Shown here piece after piece: positions 9,607-17,091 of a stretch of 64,000 bases of DNA. The stretch lies in the NCBI GenBank assembly GCA_030684355.1, contig JAUXTN010000246.1, positions 5,272-69,271 of the forward strand, written 5' to 3'. The DNA comes from Pseudomonadota bacterium. GTDB taxonomy: Bacteria; Myxococcota_A; UBA796; SXON01. Position 1 is the first letter of the stretch, and each line of letters starts with the position of its first letter. The notes beneath the pieces were generated by a model that searched no databases, was not told the DNA's origin, and saw only the letters and a program-made list of their open reading frames with translations. The position numbers and the translations under genes were made by a program.

Positions 9607-10953
9607 GTGATCCCCATGCTCCTCGCCCTGCTCGCCTGCACCTCGCCCCCGGACTCCGGGTCGGATCCCACCGATCCGGCCGACGACAGCGGGCTGCCCG
9701 CGCTCGACCCCACCGACACCTTCCCGAGCTTCTACGGGGAGGTTCCGAAGAACCTGCTGGTGGTCTCCATCGACACGTTCCGGCGGGACCTGATGGCCCG
9801 CTATGGGGGCGAAGGCCTCGCGCCGTTCCTCGACGGCATGGCGGAGCAGGGCGTGACGCTCGACCAGCACCGGAGCTGCGCGAACTGGACCTTCCCGTCG
9901 GTGCTCTGCTTCAACCACGGCACCGGGAACATCGACGCCGGCTACGTCCCCGACCTCTCCGACCCCGACAACGCCTGGGCCCCCGAAGACCTCCCGACGC
10001 TGGCCACGCGCCTCTCCGACGGCGGGTGGCGCACGATGCTGGTGACCTCGAACAGCTGGTTCTCGATGGACCGGAACACGGACGTCGGGTTCGAGACCTC
10101 CGAGCGCCCGGACGACCGCCGCACCGAGAGCGTGTTCGGCATGGGGCTCGACCGCCTCGGGGAGACGGTCGAGCTGGGGTCCGACCGCTGGTACCTGCAC
10201 CTGCACATCAAGGAGCCCCACCCCTCCTACAATCCGCCCGAAGCCTACCTCGCCGGGCTCGAGGGGCTCCCGCCCGTCGACTACGACCTCACCGACTCCG
10301 ACGAGCAGTACGACGCCGGCGACGCCTGGCCGGCCATGAGCGAGGAGGAGCGAGCGATCCTCCTCCAGCACCTGCTCGTGCGCTACCACGGCGAGGTGCA
10401 GTGGATGAGCGACCAGCTGATCCAGGGCTTCCTGGAGCTGGAGCAGGGCGGCTACCTCGACGACACGCTTGTCGTCTTCTGGACCGACCACGGCGAGCAG
10501 TTCTGGGAGCACGGCGAGCAGACCCACGCCTACGGGCTCAACGTCGAGGAGAACGACGCCGTCGCGTTCTTCTGGGCCAAGAACATCGTGCCCGGCCAGT
10601 GGGACGGGGCGACCTCCCACATCGACCTCGCCCCCACCATCCTCTCGCTCCTCGGGGTCCCGTCGGACGCCGCGATCACGGGCTACCCGGCCGGCGAGGC
10701 CCCGGAGGACCGCGTGCTCGACGCGGTGAGCATCGCGCGGCACGGCGCCATGCAGTCGGTCGTGAAGGATGGCTGGAAGCTCGTGTACCGCTGGCAGACC
10801 GGTGAGCGCTGGCTCTACGACACCACCGACGACCCCGCCGAACTGACCGACCTCTACGACCCCGCCCACCCGCGCGCGGTCGAGCTCGAGGCGGCCCTCG
10901 CGCCGCGCATCGAGGCGCTCGTGCCGCTCACGACGCGCTACACGCCCGGCTGA
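9607..10953 (+). CDS. Sulfatase-like hydrolase/transferase lipoprotein
   Basis: LLALLAC lipobox, NLLVVSIDTFRRD, WTFPS, EPHPSY, TDHGE, HIDLAPTILSLLG. Confidence 0.85.
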   Translation: MIPMLLALLACTSPPDSGSDPTDPADDSGLPALDPTDTFPSFYGEVPKNLLVVSIDTFRRDLMARYGGEGLAPFLDGMAEQGVTLDQHRSCANWTFPSVLCFNHGTGNIDAGYVPDLSDPDNAWAPEDLPTLATRLSDGGWRTMLVTSNSWFSMDRNTDVGFETSERPDDRRTESVFGMGLDRLGETVELGSDRWYLHLHIKEPHPSYNPPEAYLAGLEGLPPVDYDLTDSDEQYDAGDAWPAMSEEERAILLQHLLVRYHGEVQWMSDQLIQGFLELEQGGYLDDTLVVFWTDHGEQFWEHGEQTHAYGLNVEENDAVAFFWAKNIVPGQWDGATSHIDLAPTILSLLGVPSDAAITGYPAGEAPEDRVLDAVSIARHGAMQSVVKDGWKLVYRWQTGERWLYDTTDDPAELTDLYDPAHPRAVELEAALAPRIEALVPLTTRYTPG

Positions 10954-11115
10954 ACGGGGGAGGCGTGGGGGCGCGGCATCGCGACGGCGGTCGCGCACGC
11001 CCTGATGCGGCGCGCCTTCGACGAGCTCGGTGCGGACGGGGTCTCCGCGCGCACGGTACCGGACAACCGGGGGTTCCGCCGCGTGATGGAGAAGCTCGGG
11101 ATGCGGTTCGCGGGC
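10954..11115 (+). pseudogene. C-terminal remnant of a RimJ/RimL-type GNAT acetyltransferase
   Basis: Reads EAWGRGIATAVAHALMRRAFDELGADGVSARTVPDNRGFRRVMEKLGMRF (GNAT motifs A/B); N-terminal half absent. Confidence 0.65.
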
Positions 11116-11210
11116 CCCTGCACGTCTCGGCCCCCGGCTTCGGCACGCTCCACATGCCCGCGCTGGGCGGGGTCCTCTACCTGCGCGGACGCGGCAGCGG
11201 GGTTGGAACC

Positions 11211-11230
11211 GCAACTGGGATGTAGTTGCA
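11211..11230. promoter_or_regulatory. Candidate Fur-family operator upstream of the permease
   Basis: GCAACT-N7-AGTTGC palindrome; same half-site as 14990-15004. Confidence 0.45.
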
Positions 11231-11264
11231 CGGCGGGCCCCGGCGGGGCACGCTGGCGCGCCCG

Positions 11265-13793
11265 ATGCCGACCCTCCTTCTCTCCCTGCTGGCGATGGCG
11301 CTCGCGCCCCTCGCGGACCGCGTGCTGCGTGGCCGTCCGCGCGCGGCGGGGTTCACGGACGGGCTCGTGCAGGTCGTGGTGGGCGGCATCCTGCTCGTGC
11401 ACGTGGTGCCCTTCGGGCTCGCGGCGGCGGGCTGGCCCGCGCTCTTGACGCTCGGCGGCGGCGCGATGGTCGGGCTCCTTGCGCACCAGGTGCCCGGCGG
11501 CGAGCGGTCGGCCGGGGCCCTGGCGGTCTTGGCGCTGCTCCTGCACGCCGGCATCGACGGGGCCGCGCTCGCGGCGCCGGACGAGCACGGGCAGCACGCC
11601 GGCGAGGGCATGCTGGCGTGGGCGGTCGTCCTGCACACGCTCCCGGTGGGGCTCGCCACCTGGCGGATCAGCTCGCAGCGCGCGGGCCCGCGGTTCGCGG
11701 TGGGCCTGCTCGTCGCGACCGGCGCCGTGACCGTGGCGGGATGGTTCGCCGCGGACGGCCTGCTGGCCGGGGCCTCCCCCGCCGCGCTGGGCCTCGCGGA
11801 GTGCGCCGTGGCCGGGGCCCTCCTGCACGTGCTGGGGCACGCCGGCGAGGATCTGCCGCGGCGCCCCGCCGGGTGGGGCGGGCTCGTGGGCGTCGGCATC
11901 GTGGCGGTGCTCGCATACGGAGATCCGCTCCCGCCCGCCCACGCGGGCGAGCTCGACGCGGTGCGGGCGTTCACGACGCTGCTCCTGGAGATCGCGCCCG
12001 CCTTGCTGCTCGGCTACCTCGCGTCCGCCGCGCTCCGGATCGTCGGCCCCGGGTCCGTGGCCGGGTGGCTGGGCGCGCGTACCGACCGGGCGAACGCCGG
12101 CGTGGACGGGGGCGGGGGCGGGGGCGGACGTGGACTCGGAACCGGTGGCGGTGGCCCCGGCGGGCGCCTGGCCGACGCCCTGCGCGGCGTCTTCATGGGC
12201 GTCGCCGTGCCCGTGTCCTCCTGCGCGGCCCCCCCGGCCTACCGCACCGTGCTGGCCCGCGGGGCGCCCATGGCGGCCGCGCTCGCGTTCCTCGTCGCGG
12301 GCCCCGAGGTGGGCGTCGGCACCGTGTTCGTGAGCCTCCCCCTCCTCGGGATGAAGCTCACCGGCCTGCGCATCGCGGCGGCGGTCGCGGTCGCGCTGCT
12401 CGTCGCGCTCCTCCTCGCCCAGCGGAGCGGGCCCGGCCAGCCCGCTCCCCCCGCGTCGCCTCGCCCGCCGCTGTCCGCCCGCATCCGTGCCGGCGTGGCG
12501 TTCGGGCTCGTCGAGACCGTCGACCACACCGCGCCGTGGATCCTCCTCGGGCTCGGCATCGCCGCGCTCACCGAGCCCCTCCTCGCAACCGGCGCGCTCG
12601 CGGCCGTGCCCGGCCCGCTGGCCGTCGTCGTGGCCACGCTCATCGGCCTCCCCGCGTACGTGTGCGCCACGGGAGCCACCCCGCTCGTAGCGATGCTCCT
12701 CCACAAGGGGCTCTCGACGGGCGCCGCCCTCGCGTTCCTGCTCACGGGGCCCGCCACCAACCCCGCGACCTTCGCGCTGCTGCGCCGCCTGCACGGCAAC
12801 GCCGTCGCCCTCCGCTTCGGCCTCGGCGTGGCGCTCGCATCCATCGCGATCGGCCTCGCGGTCGATCTCCTCCTCCCGCCCGTGGCGGTCCCGGCGCTGC
12901 ACGTCGCCTCGGCGAACGAGCCGAGCTGGGTCGCGATCGGCGCCGCGATGGTGGTCCTGGCGCTCTTCGCGGCCGCGCTCGTCCGCAACGGCGCCGCGGG
13001 CTTCCTGGAACCCCTCCTCCACCCCCACGCCTACGCCCACGAGGGCACGAGGCACTCGCACGGGGCGCACTCCCACACCCACGCACACCGGATGGTGGAC
13101 GAGGGGCGCGGGGAGCATGGGCATCGGCACGAGCACGGGCACGGGCGCGATCATGGGCGGGGGCACGGGCACGCGGGCGGGCGCGGCACGGAGGGTGAGA
13201 GCGAGCCTCGGCGGATGGTCGGTACCCGGGAAGCGGACGAGCACGGGGACGGGCACGCGGGCGGGGGCGGCACGGAGGGTGAGAGCGAGCCTCGGCGGAT
13301 GGTCGGTACCCGGGAAGCGGACGAGCACGGGGACGGGCAGGGGCAGCACGAGCACGAGCACGAGCAGCACGAGCACGGGCACGGGCACGGGCACGGGCAC
13401 GGGCACGGGCACGGGCACGGGCAGCACGAGCACGGGCACGGGCACGCGCAGGGGCACGGGCAGGAGCAGCACGAGCACGAGCACGGGCACGGGCACGGGC
13501 ACGGGCAGGGGCAGGGGCACGGGCACGGGCACGGGCAGCACGAGCACGGGCAGGGGCAGGGGCACGAGCACGAGCACGAGCAGGGGCAGGGGCAGGGGCA
13601 GGGGCAGGGGCAGGGGCACGAGCAGCACGAGCACGGGCACGGGCACGTGCACGGGCACGTGGCCGAAACCGAGCGCGAGAGGGAGCCTCGGCTGATGGTC
13701 GGCACCCGGGAACCGGACGTGCGCGAGCACGTTCAGGAGCCGGTGGAGGACGAGGGGTTGAGCCCTCACGGGCCGGGGCGGCGGGAGAGCTGA
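11265..13793 (+). CDS. Metal permease: ZIP-like N-terminal region + ArsP_1/DUF318-type permease + His/Gly-rich tail
   Basis: LLHAGIDG and VVLHTLPVG (ZIP-like); [34 protein letters not shown] (DUF318-like); about 250-aa HG/HE/QG tail. Confidence 0.8.
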   Translation: MPTLLLSLLAMALAPLADRVLRGRPRAAGFTDGLVQVVVGGILLVHVVPFGLAAAGWPALLTLGGGAMVGLLAHQVPGGERSAGALAVLALLLHAGIDGAALAAPDEHGQHAGEGMLAWAVVLHTLPVGLATWRISSQRAGPRFAVGLLVATGAVTVAGWFAADGLLAGASPAALGLAECAVAGALLHVLGHAGEDLPRRPAGWGGLVGVGIVAVLAYGDPLPPAHAGELDAVRAFTTLLLEIAPALLLGYLASAALRIVGPGSVAGWLGARTDRANAGVDGGGGGGGRGLGTGGGGPGGRLADALRGVFMGVAVPVSSCAAPPAYRTVLARGAPMAAALAFLVAGPEVGVGTVFVSLPLLGMKLTGLRIAAAVAVALLVALLLAQRSGPGQPAPPASPRPPLSARIRAGVAFGLVETVDHTAPWILLGLGIAALTEPLLATGALAAVPGPLAVVVATLIGLPAYVCATGATPLVAMLLHKGLSTGAALAFLLTGPATNPATFALLRRLHGNAVALRFGLGVALASIAIGLAVDLLLPPVAVPALHVASANEPSWVAIGAAMVVLALFAAALVRNGAAGFLEPLLHPHAYAHEGTRHSHGAHSHTHAHRMVDEGRGEHGHRHEHGHGRDHGRGHGHAGGRGTEGESEPRRMVGTREADEHGDGHAGGGGTEGESEPRRMVGTREADEHGDGQGQHEHEHEQHEHGHGHGHGHGHGHGHGQHEHGHGHAQGHGQEQHEHEHGHGHGHGQGQGHGHGHGQHEHGQGQGHEHEHEQGQGQGQGQGQGHEQHEHGHGHVHGHVAETEREREPRLMVGTREPDVREHVQEPVEDEGLSPHGPGRRES
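13167..13730 (+). repeat. 84-bp tandem duplication plus hexamer microsatellite inside the His-rich tail
   Basis: 13167-13250 and 13251-13334 near-identical; (GGGCAC/GAGCAC/GGGCAG)n at about 13335-13660; degenerate third unit about 13655-13730. Confidence 0.9.
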
Positions 13794-13908
13794 CGGCGGT
13801 GGGCGCGCGGCGGGAGCCGCCACGAGCGGGAGCCTCGACCGAGGCCCGGCGCGACGCAGCTCGACGACACCACGGCGACGGCGCCCGGACCGACCGCCAC
13901 GGCGTCCC

Positions 13909-14083
13909 CTGCCATTCGACGGGGGGCCTGCGCCAGGGTTCCCCTCCAGTGGCAGGTAAACGGCCCCGAATCGGCCACTCAGGTGGGGTCCCGGGTCCAG
14001 GCCCCCCTCTGAGTGGCCGATCTCGGTCCTTCTGGCTGCCATTCGAGGGGGGGCCTGCCACAGGGCCCCCCTCGAATGGCAGC
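13909..14083. repeat. Cluster of three related GC-rich hairpins (REP/BIME-like)
   Basis: Hairpins 13909-13955, 13970-14021 (13-bp perfect arms) and 14035-14083 (18-bp perfect arms GCTGCCATTCGAGGGGGG/CCCCCCTCGAATGGCAGC). Confidence 0.75.
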
Positions 14084-14518
14084 GCGGCGTCACGCGATGC
14101 GGGCGTTCGACGCGACCACGCCAGCGGCCCCCGACCGAGCTGTCGACGGTCGACAACCCGATGGCCGACAGCTCGATCCTCCAGAACCGCCCCTCCCTCC
14201 CCGAAGAGCGCGAGGGCACCGGAGGGCGCGCGGGCGCGTCAGCGACCGCGCGGTTCGGCCGCCCCGGCGCGGGCGCCGGGGGAGGCCAACGGAGGAGCGA
14301 AGCGACGACCCCGGAGGCGACCGACCCCGCGTCCGCGCGGGGGCGCGCCCAGACCCGGCCGATCTTCCCGGCGGGTGACCAAACCCAGCCGGGAACACCG
14401 GCGATCCGGAGGCGGCCCGGTTCGGGTGGCTCCGCGCTTGCGCCGGGCGCGAACGGCGCGTAGTAAACGGAGCTTCGCCGACCCGATAACGCCACAGGCC
14501 GTGCGCTAGCCGGCCTGG

Positions 14519-14968
14519 CTACCCCGCGGCCTCGCACCGATCGCAGCGGCCACGGAGCTGGATCGCCACCTTTCCGAGGCGGACCGCGCCCGGGAGCGGC
14601 CCCGACGGGACGGGGATGACCACGTCGGGCAGGCACGCCACGTCCCCGCAGACCGTGCAGAGGAAGTGGGGGTGATCGACGTCCTGGTGGCCCGGGGCGA
14701 GCGGCGCGGTGGCGAGCTCGTAGCGCCACACGTGGTCACCCAGGTCGGCGCGCCGCAGGATGCCGACCTCCGTGAGGTCGACGAGGTTGCGGTAGAGCGT
14801 GGCGCGATCCCAACCGTCTTCGGCGAGCGCGGCGGTGATCTCGGGGTGGCTCGACGCGGTGGCCCGGCCGCCGAGGACCCGGAGCACGGCGACCCGCGCC
14901 GCGGTCGCCCGGAGCCCTGCGGCGCGGAGGCGCTCGCGAAGGTCGGCGTCCGTCGTGGTGTCAGACAT
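14519..14968 (-). CDS. Fur-family (Fur/Zur-like) transcriptional regulator
   Basis: GLRATAAR, DRATLYRNL, HPHFLCTVCG, GRCDRC. Confidence 0.92.
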   Translation of the reverse strand: MSDTTTDADLRERLRAAGLRATAARVAVLRVLGGRATASSHPEITAALAEDGWDRATLYRNLVDLTEVGILRRADLGDHVWRYELATAPLAPGHQDVDHPHFLCTVCGDVACLPDVVIPVPSGPLPGAVRLGKVAIQLRGRCDRCEAAG

Positions 14969-14989
14969 GGGGCCCCGGGCTGCTGCGAC

Positions 14990-15004
14990 TGCAACCGCGT
15001 TGCA
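14990..15004. promoter_or_regulatory. Candidate autoregulatory Fur-family box
   Basis: Perfect TGCAAC-CGC-GTTGCA palindrome just upstream of the Fur-family start codon. Confidence 0.55.
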
Positions 15005-15028
15005 TTAACCACACGGCGGCCGACCTGC

Positions 15029-15195
15029 CTACGCGCACCCGCAGCCGCGGGTGAAGTCCTTCTTCGCCGCGGCGCGCCAGCCCTCGATCCCTTCGCGGGC
15101 GATCAGCGCGGCGCGCCCGAGGGCGGCCGCGCCGGCGGCCCATCACGACGCCGGGCGAGGGTGTAGACGAGGCCGCCGGCGAACAGCACGGCGGA
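15029..15195 (-). pseudogene. Frameshifted C-terminal remnant of a small CDF-like cation transporter
   Basis: SAVLFAGGLVYTLA/GVV/WAAGAAALGRAALIAREGIEGWRAAAKKDFTRGCGCA* reconstructed across two single-base frameshifts; family call from recalled similarity. Confidence 0.45.
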
Positions 15196-15333
15196 CGGCG
15201 CTGACGACGACGGCGGGACCGTGCTGCTCGGGTGGCGCTTCCGGGGGTGGCCATCCCACCGTAGGAGGGCGGCGGCGCCCGGGCACCCGAGCGAGCCGGG
15301 GCGGACGATCGACATCGATCTTGCCCCGGCGGG

Positions 15334-15364
15334 TTGACGCGAAGGGGGGCCTTCGGATAACAAT
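15334..15364 (+). promoter_or_regulatory. Putative sigma70 promoter of tRNA-Pro
   Basis: TTGACG at 15334 and TAACAAT at 15358-15364, directly upstream of the tRNA. Confidence 0.5.
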
Positions 15365-15372
15365 GCGCACGC

Positions 15373-15448
15373 CGGGGTGTGGCGCAGCTGGTAGCGCGCT
15401 TGGTTCGGGACCAAGAGGCCGCAAGTTCGAATCTTGTCACCCCGACCA
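15373..15448 (+). tRNA. tRNA-Pro (anticodon CGG)
   Basis: Acceptor stem CGGGGTG/CACCCCG, anticodon arm CTTGG-TTCGGGA-CCAAG, T-loop GTTCGAAT, encoded CCA; 76 nt. Confidence 0.97.
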
Positions 15449-17014
15449 TACCGGATGGCGCAGGGTCCCACCAAGGGATTCTGCGCCATCCTCGTTTTTG
15501 GCACTCGCGAGTTCTGCAAGTGCATCGAAGGGTTTCCGGTACGTCGGCACCACGACTCCCGAGCGCAATTCGCAGTTCGAAAGAAGCAGATTGAGCAGCT
15601 TCCTCTGTTGCGACGGCTCTTTGGTGAGATACAGGTCGTACGCCGAACTTACGAGTTCTAAGACCTCCAGGGCCGTATCCATGACCTTGTGGTCGACCCG
15701 GGCGTACCGCTCGATGTCCTCGTGGGCGGACTGCATCCCTTCCTCCCACTCCAGGCGCTTGCGGGCGAAGAAGGCCTCGTCGACGCGGCCCTCGAGCTTG
15801 TCCTCGTAGGCCTTGTCGAGCATGCGGCGGAGGCGGTCGTAGCGGGCGCGTGCGTCGGCGAGGCGGATCGTGGTCTCGCGCACGACGTCGACGCGGGACG
15901 CCTTCAACGCGCGCGTGGCGAACGCGAGCTTGTCGGGGGGGAGTTGGAGCCCCTTGACCACCACGTGGGCGAACTGCTCGGTGATGCGCTCCTCGCGCAC
16001 GTAGGAGGACAGCTCGCACAGCTGCGCGCAGCGGTAGTAGGTGTACTTCTTCTTCTTCATCTCGGCGGTGATGGCGGCCCCGCAGCCGCAGGTCATCAGC
16101 CCCTGGTAGACGAAGTTGCGCGGGGCGGGCCGGGTGTCGGGGAACCCGTCGAGGCGGTCCTGCACGCGCTGCCACAGCTCGCGTGTCACCAGGGTGGGAT
16201 CCTTGCCCCGGTAGATGGTGCCCGCGAAGCGGAACTCGCCAGCGTAGATCGGGTTCCGGAGGATGAGGTGCAGCGCGCTGGGGTTGAGCTTGCCCCCGCG
16301 GCGCCCGGTCAGGTTGTAGTTCTTCGAGTACGCGACGAGGTCCTGGATGGAGTGCTGGCCCCGGTCGTAGAGGTCGAACAGGTTGCGCACGAGGACGGCG
16401 CGCTCGGGGTCGGGGACGATGAAGCTCTTGTCCCCGTCGCGCCGGTTCAGGTACCCGAAGGGGGCGACGCTGGGCCAGTACCCCTCCTCGGCCTTCATGA
16501 ACATGCCCTTCTTGACCTCCTCGGAGAGGTTGTCGACGTAGTTCTTGGCCATCAGCACCTTGATGCCGTGCATGAATTTCTCGGAGGACCGCGAGTCCTC
16601 GGAGACGACGATGTTCTCCTTCACCAGGTGGATCTCGGTCTTCATCTCGTCGACCGTGACCCAGTCCTTCAGGTTGCGGTACAGGCGGTCGGTCTTCTCG
16701 ACGAGCACGGCGGGCGGGTTCTGGTGCCGCTTGCGGACGTAGGCGAGCATCCTCTGGAAGTGGACGCGCCCCGTCCGCTTGGCGGTCTCCACGTCGATGA
16801 ACTCTTCGAGGATGTGGAACCCGCGATCGGCTGCGTACTCGCGGAGCAGCTTCTGCTGGGCGGGGATGGAGAAGCCCTCGCGCTCCTGGTCGCGGGAGGA
16901 GACGCGCGCGTACAGGACGGCGGGGCGGCGAGGGGGAGCCGGGGGCTCGACGATGGTGGGCTTCGAGGGGCTGCGGTCGCGACTGCTGTAGCGCACGTTG
17001 AACTCCGGGCCCAC
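15437..17014 (-). CDS. Large serine recombinase (integrase)
   Basis: YARVSSRDQ catalytic Ser, KTDRLYRN, recombinase domain APFGY...ILRNPIYAG, zinc ribbon CGCG...YYRC, coiled coil. Confidence 0.95.
   Translation of the reverse strand: MGPEFNVRYSSRDRSPSKPTIVEPPAPPRRPAVLYARVSSRDQEREGFSIPAQQKLLREYAADRGFHILEEFIDVETAKRTGRVHFQRMLAYVRKRHQNPPAVLVEKTDRLYRNLKDWVTVDEMKTEIHLVKENIVVSEDSRSSEKFMHGIKVLMAKNYVDNLSEEVKKGMFMKAEEGYWPSVAPFGYLNRRDGDKSFIVPDPERAVLVRNLFDLYDRGQHSIQDLVAYSKNYNLTGRRGGKLNPSALHLILRNPIYAGEFRFAGTIYRGKDPTLVTRELWQRVQDRLDGFPDTRPAPRNFVYQGLMTCGCGAAITAEMKKKKYTYYRCAQLCELSSYVREERITEQFAHVVVKGLQLPPDKLAFATRALKASRVDVVRETTIRLADARARYDRLRRMLDKAYEDKLEGRVDEAFFARKRLEWEEGMQSAHEDIERYARVDHKVMDTALEVLELVSSAYDLYLTKEPSQQRKLLNLLLSNCELRSGVVVPTYRKPFDALAELASAKNEDGAESLGGTLRHPVWSG
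15453..15499 (+). terminator. Rho-independent terminator after tRNA-Pro
   Basis: GGATGGCGCAG...CTGCGCCATCC stem followed by TCGTTTTT. Confidence 0.75.
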
Positions 17015-17091
17015 CGTTGGGCCGGTTCAAGTTGACATAATCGGAACCGATTGGAAACCCGCCACCCGATCGTCAGGGGCCGGTTCGTGCT

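Noticed and set aside
10951-10953. Selenocysteine/readthrough fusing the sulfatase to the GNAT
   Set aside because: The GNAT is only a half domain and degenerates downstream; no convincing SECIS seen
13117-13705. (CP)n metallothionein-like ORF (-) and (GT)n/(RA)n ORFs
   Set aside because: Alternative frames of the hexamer repeat; the His-rich frame is continuous with the permease
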